From Candidatus Hermodarchaeota archaeon (GTDB taxonomy: Archaea > Asgardarchaeota > Lokiarchaeia > Sigyniarchaeales > SOKP01): a stretch of 36,237 bases of DNA. Below are positions 24,651 through 34,399 of this stretch, one piece after another (the first letter of the stretch is position 1; each line of letters starts with the position of its first letter). Both the position numbers and the translations under genes were made by a program. The stretch lies in NCBI GenBank assembly GCA_048885575.1, contig JBHLLM010000001.1:1-36237 (forward strand). The letters are read 5' to 3'. The notes beneath the pieces are model-generated. The model made no database searches and was not told the origin of the DNA. It saw nothing but the letters and a program-made list of their open reading frames with translations.

Positions 24651-25739
24651 ATGTTGGATCCTTGGGGTTCTTCTAGTCCTTTAGATGACGAGGATTACGA
24701 GAGAATAATAATAGAATTTGGAATCGAAGAGATTAAAGAAGATTTAAGACAAAAATTAATAAACAATAGATTTTTCAGAAGAAAAATTATTTTTGGTCAT
24801 CGCGATTTAGGATTAGTGTTTAAAGCAATTGAAGAAAACGAATCATGGGCAGTAATGAGTGGCATTAAACCTTCTGGACCTTATCATTTAGGGACTTCAA
24901 CTACTGCTTTAGAGATCGTTGAATTTCAAAAGATGGGAGGAACAGTGTACTATGGTATAGCAGATATTGAATCTTGGGAAGATAATGGGATACCTTACGA
25001 AGAGGCAGAATCGAATGCAATAGATAATCTTGCAGATATATTAGCTTTTGGTTTAGATCCTTCACCAGATAAAGCATATATTTGGAGACAATCGAAGGAG
25101 CCGTTGGTTATGGAAGTATGCTTTAAAGTAAGTAGATTAGTAACTCAGAATATGTTAAATGCTATTTACGGAGAGAAAACATTTGGGCTCTATATAGCGT
25201 CTCTAATCCAAGTAGGGGATATTGTTCTTCCTCAAATTATTGAAGGTCCTCAACCTACTATAGTTCCAGTAGGTATTGATCAGGATCCACATATAAGACT
25301 TACAAGAGATCTTACACGGAGGTATTATAAAGAGTTTTTCTTACCTGGAGCAACATATCATTATTTATTAGCGGGGATTGATGGATCAGATAAAATGGCA
25401 AAGAGAAATCCTAATAGTTCTTTCACTTTTAACGAATCATTAGAATCAATAGAAAAAAAGGTTAAAGGTGCTTTAACGGGGGGTCGTAAAAATAAAAAGG
25501 AGCAGCAAAAACTTGGTGGAGAACCGGGAAAATGTATGATTTACAAGATGTTAATGTATCATTTTGAAGAGGATGATGATGTATTAGCTGATGAATTTGA
25601 AAAATGTATTGAAGGTGAATTATTATGCGGAGAACATAAAATGCAATGCGTTGAGAAAGTCTTGAGTTTTATTAAACAACATCAAAAGAAGAAAGAAAAA
25701 TTAATTGATCAAGCTAGAGCGCTTCTAAAGATAGATTAA
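24651..25739 (+). CDS. trpS: Tryptophan--tRNA ligase (archaeal/eukaryotic type)
   Basis: N-terminal DPWGS...DYERIIIEFG...FFRRKIIFGHRD block typical of archaeal/eukaryotic TrpRS. HIGH-like PSGPYHLGT and KMSKS-like KMAKRN. Confidence 0.85.
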   Translation: MLDPWGSSSPLDDEDYERIIIEFGIEEIKEDLRQKLINNRFFRRKIIFGHRDLGLVFKAIEENESWAVMSGIKPSGPYHLGTSTTALEIVEFQKMGGTVYYGIADIESWEDNGIPYEEAESNAIDNLADILAFGLDPSPDKAYIWRQSKEPLVMEVCFKVSRLVTQNMLNAIYGEKTFGLYIASLIQVGDIVLPQIIEGPQPTIVPVGIDQDPHIRLTRDLTRRYYKEFFLPGATYHYLLAGIDGSDKMAKRNPNSSFTFNESLESIEKKVKGALTGGRKNKKEQQKLGGEPGKCMIYKMLMYHFEEDDDVLADEFEKCIEGELLCGEHKMQCVEKVLSFIKQHQKKKEKLIDQARALLKID

Positions 25740-25746
25740 TCAATAT

Positions 25747-26724
25747 TTAAGTCCGAGTTAAAAGGGGTTTTAAAATTTTAACCAAATCAGAAATAAAGTC
25801 TGAAAATTTTTCTAAAAGGGATTCTTTTAGCTTCTCTTTAATAATAACCGAAACAAATAATGACTCATTTTCGAGTTCAATTCTATGCAGATATGATATT
25901 AGCTCGTCCCCTATTGAAGATAAAGCGTAATCAGTTTCGTAAGATTCCTCTTGCATCCTTTTCAGTAAAAACAAATGCTCTTTAATGGATTCTATAAGTT
26001 CGATGTATATTTCTGGTTCAATTAGTTCCTTGTAAAACTCACTTAAAATTATACCATTTTTATCAAACAATATTAAAGATTCACTTTCAAATTGTATGAG
26101 ATACTTTTCTAACAATTCAGAGAGATCGAAAAATTTCTCGTCAAATACTGATAATCCGTAAGAAATCAACTGAATTATTGAGATTATGTCGTAAATTGAG
26201 GTTTGTTGAAATAATATCTTAAATGAGGGGTATTTTTTTAATAAGTGTTCTCTTAACGACTCAACTTCTTCAATTATTGCTTCGTTTCCGCTTAGTTCAG
26301 GGTCAAATTTATGAAAACTAATTATAAGAGGTACATCCATCTGATTTTTTTTAAAGTTCTGTAAGATTGCATCTAAATATATTAGAGATGCTTCAATTCT
26401 TTGAGTATCTTGAATATCGATGATATAGACCAATAAGTCAGTATCAGAAAAATATAGATCTTGTTTTTCTTGATATAACTTTCTATACTTTTCTTGACCC
26501 CCCATGTCCCAAAATACTATTCGATTCTTAAGAAATTCTGTTGCTTGGTATTCAACTCGAATAGTTGGCGTAAGCGATATAATATCCTTTTGAAAGTCGT
26601 ATTTCTTATCTAATGCCGTTAGAATAGAAGTTTTTCCCGCATTATCCAGGCCAGATACTATTACCTTAATGAACTGTCCCATGATCTTAGACCTATAATC
26701 GTCAAAAAAATATCTAAATTTCAA
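25747..26724 (-). CDS. Rag/Gtr-family-like GTPase: N-terminal G domain plus a C-terminal roadblock-like domain
   Basis: G1 GLDNAGKTS, G3 WDMGGQEKY, G4 HKFD (Rag-type HKxD) and a Rag/Gtr-specific TSIYD block (compare TSIWDE). The C-terminal half of about 135 aa has alternating beta/alpha character (SLILFDKNGIILSEF, SLFVSVIIKE). An alternative start at ATG 26682 would give MGQFIKVIV. Confidence 0.7.
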   Translation of the reverse strand: MKFRYFFDDYRSKIMGQFIKVIVSGLDNAGKTSILTALDKKYDFQKDIISLTPTIRVEYQATEFLKNRIVFWDMGGQEKYRKLYQEKQDLYFSDTDLLVYIIDIQDTQRIEASLIYLDAILQNFKKNQMDVPLIISFHKFDPELSGNEAIIEEVESLREHLLKKYPSFKILFQQTSIYDIISIIQLISYGLSVFDEKFFDLSELLEKYLIQFESESLILFDKNGIILSEFYKELIEPEIYIELIESIKEHLFLLKRMQEESYETDYALSSIGDELISYLHRIELENESLFVSVIIKEKLKESLLEKFSDFISDLVKILKPLLTRT

Positions 26725-26938
26725 AAAATCCGTAGAAGTTTTTTAAAATTAAGAATAATATGAAATTTTTGAGAAATAAGTGAAAATCATTCTTTTTAAC
26801 CTTATTGTCTTTTTCAAATTTGCGTCCTTATGTCTCAAATCTCTAATATTACTCGAAAAATACATACATGACACTACGATTTTTTATTGATTACAATTTT
26901 AATTTGGTCAAAATACTATTTTATAAAAGAGGATTTAA

Positions 26939-27160
26939 TTGATAGAAGAAGAAAACAACTTTTTGGAGTTTTTAAACTACCAGATTATTCAGAAGAACAA
27001 ATTTGAGCATGTGGCTCGAAAGATTCCACTCTTTAAAAGTATGATACAAGAGCGTCATAAAACTATAGTAAAAATGATAGATAAATTTGAAGATGTTCGC
27101 CGTCGTGAAGTTTACAATATGCTTGTTGACGAGTTTAACAGGATTTCAAAAAGATTATAA
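26939..27160 (+). CDS. Hypothetical small protein (73 aa, TTG start), weakly supported
   Basis: Only ORF in this interval, followed by a T7 run at 27162-27168. No motif and a non-ATG start. Confidence 0.3.
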   Translation: MIEEENNFLEFLNYQIIQKNKFEHVARKIPLFKSMIQERHKTIVKMIDKFEDVRRREVYNMLVDEFNRISKRL

Positions 27161-27186
27161 ATTTTTTTCATTTTATTTTCAAATGG

Positions 27187-27621
27187 TTATTCCCCTATAA
27201 TAGTCACAAAAATTTGGCGATGCCTTGATTTTTCGTCATTCTCCACGAAAACGATATTTTGCCAGCTTCCAAGGATTAATTTTTTGTTTTGAAATGGAAA
27301 TGTTTGCGAAGTTTTAATGAGAAAACTTCTTAAGTGTCCTGCACCATTGTAATCGTGCCAAGTTTTATGATGTGCGTAGTCCTTCTTGTAAGGAATAATT
27401 TTTTCCAAAAATTCTTTAATATCTGTTTGAACTAACCCTGGTTCATACTCAACAGTGGTTATGGCTCCAGTAGATCCTGCAACATGAATATTTACAATCC
27501 CATTTTTCAGACTACTGCTGTTAACAATGTTCTGGACATGCGAAGTGATATTGATTACATCATAATAAGCTTTAGTTTTTATATCAAATGTTTCTAATAT
27601 AACGGTCATGATTTTTTTCAC
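27187..27621 (-). CDS. YjbQ/UPF0047 family protein (secondary thiamine-phosphate synthase-like)
   Basis: The family pattern is visible: DVINITSHV, VNIHVAGSTGAITTVEYEPG, DYAHH, NGAGHLRS and LGSWQNIVFVE. Confidence 0.8.
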   Translation of the reverse strand: MKKIMTVILETFDIKTKAYYDVINITSHVQNIVNSSSLKNGIVNIHVAGSTGAITTVEYEPGLVQTDIKEFLEKIIPYKKDYAHHKTWHDYNGAGHLRSFLIKTSQTFPFQNKKLILGSWQNIVFVENDEKSRHRQIFVTIIGE

Positions 27622-27708
27622 TACTTCGTAATTTCTTATAATAAATTTAATTAATTATCCTAATTTAAAACATATATATTACATTACTTTTTTGCTCCTT
27701 GATTTGAA

Positions 27709-28128
27709 ATGGCTGATAAACTAGATCAATTCTTAAAAAAAATTCATGATCCAAAAAATAAACTTCCCCTTTATATTACAATAATCGTACGCCCAGGTAA
27801 AAAATTAGTTGATGTCAAAATAAAAAAAGAAGAAGCAAATATTTTAAGAGTAATCGCTCACGAAGAAAAAAGTTCAGGTTATTTTATTCATTCCTTTCAT
27901 ATCCCTATAAAAAATCTTGGTCTTACTCCGGACTCCAAAGATAAAGAAATTCTCGCATACTTATCCAATCCAATTAGAATACCAAATAAAGCAACGAAGG
28001 CTTTTGTTGAAGATATCTTAAGGAAATATATTAATATTTTACCAGAGAAAAAGAAGCATTACTTCAAAACTGAGAGATTTAAGAAAAAGAAAGAATTCCA
28101 AACTGGTGTTAAATTAAAAGGCTTTTAA
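27709..28128 (+). CDS. Hypothetical basic protein (139 aa)
   Basis: Clean ORF with an ATG start. There is a weak resemblance to an alpha-crystallin/p23-like beta-sandwich segment (YITIIVRPGKKLVDVKIKKEEANILRVIAHEE), which I do not consider established. Confidence 0.45.
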   Translation: MADKLDQFLKKIHDPKNKLPLYITIIVRPGKKLVDVKIKKEEANILRVIAHEEKSSGYFIHSFHIPIKNLGLTPDSKDKEILAYLSNPIRIPNKATKAFVEDILRKYINILPEKKKHYFKTERFKKKKEFQTGVKLKGF

Positions 28129-28464
28129 TTATTTTATTACGCTCCCAATTGGGATACTCTTGCCATTCCTCTCGTCAATATTTAATAAAAAGGGTTCACC
28201 GTTGAAATCAGCAGCTAAAAGCATACCTTGACTCCTTAATCCCATAATTTTTTTTGGCTTAAGATTGGTTAAAACGACTATTTTTTTATCTAGCAATTCC
28301 TCTGGTGAATAAAATTCAGAAATCCCCGTTACGATTTGTCTTAACTCCTTTTCTCCACAATCTACCAATAATCGATATAGATGCTTTGATTTAGCGATAA
28401 ATTCACAAACCTTGATTAAACCAACACGAATATCTAATTTCTTAAAATCTTGATATGTTATCAT
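28129..28464 (-). CDS. tRNA-binding domain protein (Trbp111/CsaA/EMAP-II-like OB fold)
   Basis: FKKLDIRVGLI...LYRLLVDCGEKELRQIVTGI...PEELLDKKIVVLTNLKPKKIMGLRSQGMLLAA, the canonical tRNA_bind pattern. The start overlaps the trmI stop by 4 nt, and a GGAGGG SD lies upstream. Confidence 0.8.
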   Translation of the reverse strand: MITYQDFKKLDIRVGLIKVCEFIAKSKHLYRLLVDCGEKELRQIVTGISEFYSPEELLDKKIVVLTNLKPKKIMGLRSQGMLLAADFNGEPFLLNIDERNGKSIPIGSVIK

Positions 28465-29339
28465 AGCTCATTATCCCTCCTTAAAGGCATACCATCCAAG
28501 TTTATAAACTCGTCATTGTTTGGCTTTTTTCCTCGATAAGGATTCTTAATATCGTTAATCTTTCTTGCAAATGTCATATAGCCTGTATGTCCTATCATCC
28601 GAACTTCAGGATGAGTCGCGTTCTCTTTTACTTGAAATTTCCGTTTTATCAATTCATATGTATTTATTTCATAAAATCCGTTCTCTTTTAGAGCATAGGT
28701 TGTTTTTTTAACTTGTTCTATGGTTGGGGAAAAAGATACTAAAGTTCCACTAAGTTTGAGATAACTCTTAACTTTTTCAATTGCCTGCCAAGGTTGAGGC
28801 ATATCTAAAACAACAGAATCAATATTAATGTGTTCTAGATCGTCGATTAAAATGTCTCCATATTGAACTGATACGAAATCTTGTAAGTTTGCTTTAAGAA
28901 CATTATTTAATGCTTTTTTCAAACTTTTTTTTCGAATATCGTAAGAAAAGATATGTCCATCGGGGCGAACATAATTCCCTAAAATACATGTTAATGCTCC
29001 AGAACCACACCCAGCTTCAATAACTTCACTACCAGGACCGATTCCAGAATAAATGAGGATTAACCCTGCGTCCTCTGGATATATTATTTGAGTTCCCCGA
29101 CTCATATATATAACATAATCAGAAGGTAAGGGTTTAAGAACATAGAACTTATATCCCTGAGTTTTATATGGTTGAGAAAAAACTACTGAGCCAAAGGGTT
29201 TTCCTATTATTTCATCGAATTTTATGATGCCTTTATGAGTATGAAATTCTTCCCCTTCTTCTACGGTTAACAACCACTTTCTTTTATTATCAAGAATTAA
29301 GTAAATTAAATCATCCTTTTTTATTACATCTTCTGCCAT
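28461..29339 (-). CDS. trmI: tRNA (adenine-N1)-methyltransferase TrmI (GCD14 family)
   Basis: GCD14 N-terminal beta domain followed by RGTQIIYPEDAGLI and the SAM motif VIEAGCGSGALT, then DMPQPW. Confidence 0.85.
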   Translation of the reverse strand: MAEDVIKKDDLIYLILDNKRKWLLTVEEGEEFHTHKGIIKFDEIIGKPFGSVVFSQPYKTQGYKFYVLKPLPSDYVIYMSRGTQIIYPEDAGLILIYSGIGPGSEVIEAGCGSGALTCILGNYVRPDGHIFSYDIRKKSLKKALNNVLKANLQDFVSVQYGDILIDDLEHINIDSVVLDMPQPWQAIEKVKSYLKLSGTLVSFSPTIEQVKKTTYALKENGFYEINTYELIKRKFQVKENATHPEVRMIGHTGYMTFARKINDIKNPYRGKKPNNDEFINLDGMPLRRDNEL

Positions 29340-29542
29340 AATTAGCTATATATTTAATATTCGTTTTATATTAATAATATTAGAATTACTCTAAAGTTTT
29401 CGTATTTATTATTTTTACATAATTGTAATTTTTCTCTACAAATTAGAAAAATGTAATCAAGATTTTACAAAAAATATTAAATCAATGATAAATAGAAATA
29501 CTCAATCATTGTTTATATAACCTTTTTTATAAATACTCGTTA

Positions 29543-30472
29543 ATGAATTTATCTATGAGTAGGGCTAACAAAAATAATTCCCAAAGTTCAAAAAATTCTT
29601 TTAAAGGACTTCAACTTCAAATTGAAGAATTTAAACAAAAACGGGATGACTTAAATAAGAAGACTAAAGATTTTATTAAAGAATTACAAGAAATTGATGT
29701 TAAGATTGAGGAGTATTTAGCTATCGCAAAAAATGATTATAAAAAGAAGCGAGATTATTGGAATAGCAAGGTCAAAAATTTAAAAGATAAAAAAATAGAA
29801 TATAAAATCATATTAGATAAATTCACTGAAGAAAAAAAAAATCTTATTAAAGAAAGTAAAAAGGGAAGAGAAACTAAAAAGTACGTATCAATTAAACAAA
29901 TTGATAAGAAAATCGAAAATTTAGAGAGAAGAATTGAAATCGAGAATTTAAACATTCCCGAAGAAAATGCAATGGTAGATAAAATTAAAGAACTAGCTCA
30001 AATTAAGCAAGAATTCTTAGCTGAGCAACAAAATAGCGATTTTTTTAAAATAGAGCGAAAGATTCAAATTGTTAAATTAAATTTGAATAAGATTTACGAA
30101 CAATTAAATAAATGGTCAAATAAATCTCAAGATTACCATGCTAAGATGCATACTATTTACCAAAAAGTTAATGAATTAAGAGAGAAAAAAAAAAGTTTAG
30201 AAGAAGAATTAATTGAGAATAAAAAAGCAGCAGATAATTACCACGAGAAATTTTTACTTATTATGAGTAAAATAAAAAAACAATCAAAAGGGAAGCGTCC
30301 TATTTATTCCTCTAATAAACGAAGAATGCCTAAAAAACAAAGTACAATTAAAAATGAAGAGCTAGAAAAGTTAAAAGAAGATAAACTAGCTGCTGCTTTA
30401 GAAAAGCAAAAGTCTGGTAGAAAACTAAATCTATATGAAGCTCGATTAATCCTTGAAAGTTCAAAAGAGTAG
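29543..30472 (+). CDS. Lys/Glu-rich coiled-coil protein (resembles the conserved archaeal roughly 300-aa coiled-coil protein family)
   Basis: Heptad-rich K/E/L/I composition across 309 aa, with a T7 run after the stop. Family assignment is tentative. Confidence 0.55.
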   Translation: MNLSMSRANKNNSQSSKNSFKGLQLQIEEFKQKRDDLNKKTKDFIKELQEIDVKIEEYLAIAKNDYKKKRDYWNSKVKNLKDKKIEYKIILDKFTEEKKNLIKESKKGRETKKYVSIKQIDKKIENLERRIEIENLNIPEENAMVDKIKELAQIKQEFLAEQQNSDFFKIERKIQIVKLNLNKIYEQLNKWSNKSQDYHAKMHTIYQKVNELREKKKSLEEELIENKKAADNYHEKFLLIMSKIKKQSKGKRPIYSSNKRRMPKKQSTIKNEELEKLKEDKLAAALEKQKSGRKLNLYEARLILESSKE

Positions 30473-30474
30473 AA

Positions 30475-30481
30475 TTTTTTT
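30475..30481 (+). terminator. Oligo-T tract (T7) immediately after the coiled-coil gene stop
   Basis: TAGAATTTTTTT: the T-run starts 3 nt after the stop codon. Confidence 0.3.
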
Positions 30482-30698
30482 ACTATCGTTTCTATAAGCC
30501 CTAAAAATTATTATATTTTTGTCATGTTTAATCTTATTTTATAAATCACAAATTCATTTCAATGAATTCTTCTTAGAAAATGCTGTATTAACTATAATTA
30601 GCTCTTAATACTTTCGATCTTGCCAAAAGGTTTAAAACAGTTGGAATTTTATTTCTTTTTAATGTTAGAATTAAAATAGGAAATGGGTTTGATTCAAT

Positions 30699-32027
30699 TT
30701 GAAAAAGAAACTGGAAGAAATTAGAAATATCTTAATTGAACATAACGAATTATTCAATAACTCAATCCCACTAATAGCTTCAGAAAATGTTACTAGTCCA
30801 GCAGTTGACGAAGCGTGTAATAGTGATTTTTCTCATAGATACGCAGAAGGGTGGGTCGGAGAACGTGTTTATGCGGGGTGCAAATATATAGATATTATTG
30901 AGAATATCTGTATGGAGCTTGCGAAAGAATATTTTAAATGCGTTCACGCTGATGTACGCCCTGTTTCTGGTGTAGTAGCAAATCTGGCAATGTATAATGC
31001 TTTTACTTCAGAAAATAATGGAAAAATGTTAATAATGCCAATCCCAAAGGGAGGACATATATCTCATGCTCCTAAGTTCACGAAGAGTGGGATGGCAATA
31101 TATGGAACTGCTGGTACAGTACGTGGACTGAATGTAGAATATATGGCTTTTAATAATGATGAAATGAATATTGATCCCGACGCTACAGCGAAAATTATAA
31201 GGGAATTTAAACCAGAGATGGTGTTATTTGGCGGCTCTGTATTTCTTTTTCCTCACCCTGTCAGGGAACTTAGTGAAATCGCAAAAGAGGTAGGTGCTTA
31301 TGTTGGTTACGATGCTGCACATGTCGCTGGTTTGATAGGATCTGGTTACTTTCAAGATCCTTTACGAGAAGGCGCAGATGCAATGACAATGAGTACCCAT
31401 AAAACACTTCCAGGTCCGCAACACGGAACACTCGTATCAAATAGAGAAGATTTAGTGGACATATTAAAACCTTGTATGTTTCCTGCATTATTGTCTAACC
31501 ATCATCTGCATAATGTAGCAGGTTTGGCTATAACTTTTGCAGAGATGATAGAATTTGGTAAAGATTACCATAGAGATGTAATAGACAACGCAAAAGCCTT
31601 AGGGCAGGCGTTATACGAAAGGGGTATAAATGTACTCATGGAACATAAAGGGTTTACTGAATCTCACCAAATTGTTGTTGATATTACTAATTTTGAAAAA
31701 AATATCGGCTTAGGCGGAGATATCGAAAGGTTAGTAGAAGAAGCGAACATTATTATTAATAGAAATCTCTTACCATGGGATATCGCACAAGGTAGACACT
31801 ATAAAAACCCAGGTGGGTTAAGACTGGGAACTTCAGAAGTAACACGACTTGGAATGGGCAAAAGTGAAATGGTTGATATTGCAGAGTTTTTCAAAGATTT
31901 ACTCATTGACAAGAAAGATCCTAAGAAAGTTAAAAAAGAAGTTGCTGAGTTTAAAAAAGGGTTTCAAGAAATTCATTATTGTTTTCAGTCTCCAAATAAA
32001 GCTTATGAATACATAAAATTTTATTGA
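30699..32027 (+). CDS. glyA: Serine hydroxymethyltransferase
   Basis: LIASENVTSPAV, RYAEGWVGERVYAGC, GGHISH and the PLP-lysine block TMSTHKTLPGPQ. Apparent TTG start. Confidence 0.9.
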   Translation: MKKKLEEIRNILIEHNELFNNSIPLIASENVTSPAVDEACNSDFSHRYAEGWVGERVYAGCKYIDIIENICMELAKEYFKCVHADVRPVSGVVANLAMYNAFTSENNGKMLIMPIPKGGHISHAPKFTKSGMAIYGTAGTVRGLNVEYMAFNNDEMNIDPDATAKIIREFKPEMVLFGGSVFLFPHPVRELSEIAKEVGAYVGYDAAHVAGLIGSGYFQDPLREGADAMTMSTHKTLPGPQHGTLVSNREDLVDILKPCMFPALLSNHHLHNVAGLAITFAEMIEFGKDYHRDVIDNAKALGQALYERGINVLMEHKGFTESHQIVVDITNFEKNIGLGGDIERLVEEANIIINRNLLPWDIAQGRHYKNPGGLRLGTSEVTRLGMGKSEMVDIAEFFKDLLIDKKDPKKVKKEVAEFKKGFQEIHYCFQSPNKAYEYIKFY

Positions 32028-32132
32028 CTTTTTCTCTCAACTTTTTCAATCTAAACAGTAAAATTTATCTTAAATTACATATTTCTACAAGTATTTAATG
32101 CATTTTTTACAATTATAAAAGTATTAAAGGCT

Positions 32133-32972
32133 ATGATCCCACTTAAACTTGAAATTGTTGAGCAAACTAAACATAAATTAATATTGGTAATTGAAGGTAT
32201 CTCAATTGAAATGATTAACGCTCTTAGACGTATTATGCTCACAGAGATACCAGTCATGGCAATAGACGAAGTTATTATTTTAAAGAATGATTCCCCATTA
32301 TATGATGAAATTATTTCGCACAGACTTGGACTTATTCCTCTCAAAACAGATTTAGAAGTTTATAAATTACCTCAAGAATGCGAATGTGGAGGATTTGGGT
32401 GCCCATTATGCCAAGTTTCTTTAACCTGTGAAATTACTAACAACACTAACGCTCCCTTAGAGATATACTCGGGTGATTTAAAATCAAATGACCCAAAGAT
32501 AATACCAGTTGATCCTAATATCCCTATTGTTAAGATCGATAAGAATGACAAGGTAATTATCGAAGCTTATGCAATTTTGGGACTAGCTAAAGATCATGCA
32601 AAATGGCAAGCGGTTTCAAATGTCGCTTATAGACATTATCCTTTGGTTGAATTTGATGAAAATTTATTTAAAAATCCAGAAGAAAATAGCTTAATAGTCA
32701 AGATGTGCCCTAAAAAGTTATTTAAATTAACTAGCAATGGATCTCTAAAACTAAACGATGATTATTGGAAGTATTGTACCTTATGTATGTCTTGTAAAAG
32801 TAATTCAGAAGGTAAAATTGAAGTTAATCCAAAAGAAGATGTGTATATTCTTTCAATAGAAAGTGATGGTGTGTTAGAATATAAAGTACTAATTAACCAA
32901 CTTTTTAGGATATTCAATGAAAAGATTGATGAATTTATTACAAATTTAGAGGAGCTTGATATAGAATCCTAG
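32133..32972 (+). CDS. rpoD: DNA-directed RNA polymerase subunit D (Rpo3, Rpb3/AC40 homologue)
   Basis: N-terminal dimerisation-domain block NALRRIMLTEIPVMAIDEV, HRLGLIPL, and Cys motifs CECGGFGCPLC and CP...CTLCMSC. Lies in the genomic neighbourhood of rpl18e-rpl13-rps9. Confidence 0.9.
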   Translation: MIPLKLEIVEQTKHKLILVIEGISIEMINALRRIMLTEIPVMAIDEVIILKNDSPLYDEIISHRLGLIPLKTDLEVYKLPQECECGGFGCPLCQVSLTCEITNNTNAPLEIYSGDLKSNDPKIIPVDPNIPIVKIDKNDKVIIEAYAILGLAKDHAKWQAVSNVAYRHYPLVEFDENLFKNPEENSLIVKMCPKKLFKLTSNGSLKLNDDYWKYCTLCMSCKSNSEGKIEVNPKEDVYILSIESDGVLEYKVLINQLFRIFNEKIDEFITNLEELDIES

Positions 32973-33103
32973 TCATTCAATTTCATATTGTTTCATTCCT
33001 ACTTCAAAGATAGTCACCAAATCAAACCTTAACCTTAAAGGGAATTTCACTTTACCGAGATAATGTGATATTTTTTATACTAAAAACCATTTCACTTAAT
33101 TAA

Positions 33104-34399
33104 ATGAACCTTCCAGCGATTGTTTTCATTTTGGCTTTGTTTACGATTTTAATGGCTTTTTTTTCTCAAAATAAATATGATTACTTCCCTATTGCTTTAA
33201 TCATAGGGGCGATCGCTGTGTTTTCAATGCTCACTTTTGGTAATCTCAAAGAAGGGGAGATTCTTGGATTTATCAATTTTAATACCTTAGTTTTCATATT
33301 TGCCATGCAAATTGTTGTCTATTTTGCAACGCATAATCGAATCTTGGAATATCTAGCCATTAAATTGATCCATATTACGAAAGGAGATAACCGTTTATTT
33401 TTTTATATTATTTGTTTATTTACAGGCATTATAGTTGCATTCATTGAGGATTTAACACTCTCTTTGATATTAGTGCCGTTAATTTACAGAACATGCCGAG
33501 CTTTAGATATACCTGCTGGTACCTACATGATGGGGATGACTATTACTATAAACATCGGCGCAATCCTCACTCCCATCTCGAGTTTAAAAAATTTGATAAT
33601 TGGTAAGGAATTTGGGTGGGGTTTTTTAGAATATTTTGCAAATATGGGTATTTTATTCTTAATTTCGCTAATTTCCACCATTTTCTTGATAGATTGGTTC
33701 ATATTAAAAAAGGAAGAAAAACCAACTGAAAAAAACAAGAAGATACTAACATCAATGCTTGACCCTAAAATCGTTATCCGAAGTAAAACGTATTTTATAA
33801 CGACAACGATAATTGTTCTTGCGACTTTCGTGCTAATGGTTTTAGGATTTGAACCTGCTCTTGTTTCGATCATATCTGCAGCTATTCTTCTTCTACTTCA
33901 GTATAAAGATACTAGTTTCTCAGAGATCAAGAATGAGATCGTGTGGAAAATCCTCATCGTTTTTGCGATCTTGTTCATTCTTTCTAACTCATTATCTTTC
34001 TTTGGGTTTTCAGAGTTAATTTCGTCACTTTTGGTAAATCTACTGAATGATAACATTTATCTAGCAGTACTGGTAACATTAGGAATATCCTCTTTATTAT
34101 CTGCCTTCCTTGCTGGTACACCAGTTGCAATTATTCTTCTCCCGATTTTTTCGACATTTATAGGAAAAGGTTTCTTTCCTAACCCGATTATAATTGCTTT
34201 CATAAGTGGTGTTAATATGGCGGGTAACTTCTTACCACAAGGTTCTGCATGTGATCTTCTCACTCTAACTTTAGCAAAAAAGTATAAAGTGACGAATTTG
34301 GATTACAAGCGTTTACTTAAAAATGGTGCCCTTTTCGCAACAATTCACTTTTTTATCATTTTAGGGTATACAATGCTTTACACGCTAATTTTAAGTTAA
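33104..34399 (+). CDS. Polytopic permease, ArsB/NhaD-CitMHS (ion transporter superfamily)-like
   Basis: 431 aa with about 10-12 hydrophobic helices and two-fold internal architecture around a charged central loop (KKEEKPTEKNKK). Family placement is by overall look only. Confidence 0.6.
   Translation: MNLPAIVFILALFTILMAFFSQNKYDYFPIALIIGAIAVFSMLTFGNLKEGEILGFINFNTLVFIFAMQIVVYFATHNRILEYLAIKLIHITKGDNRLFFYIICLFTGIIVAFIEDLTLSLILVPLIYRTCRALDIPAGTYMMGMTITINIGAILTPISSLKNLIIGKEFGWGFLEYFANMGILFLISLISTIFLIDWFILKKEEKPTEKNKKILTSMLDPKIVIRSKTYFITTTIIVLATFVLMVLGFEPALVSIISAAILLLLQYKDTSFSEIKNEIVWKILIVFAILFILSNSLSFFGFSELISSLLVNLLNDNIYLAVLVTLGISSLLSAFLAGTPVAIILLPIFSTFIGKGFFPNPIIIAFISGVNMAGNFLPQGSACDLLTLTLAKKYKVTNLDYKRLLKNGALFATIHFFIILGYTMLYTLILS

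Noticed and set aside
30551-30568. 8-bp inverted repeat AATTCATT-TC-AATGAATT about 130 nt upstream of glyA
   Set aside because: It is short, AT-rich and has no second copy in the window. It is not distinguishable from chance.
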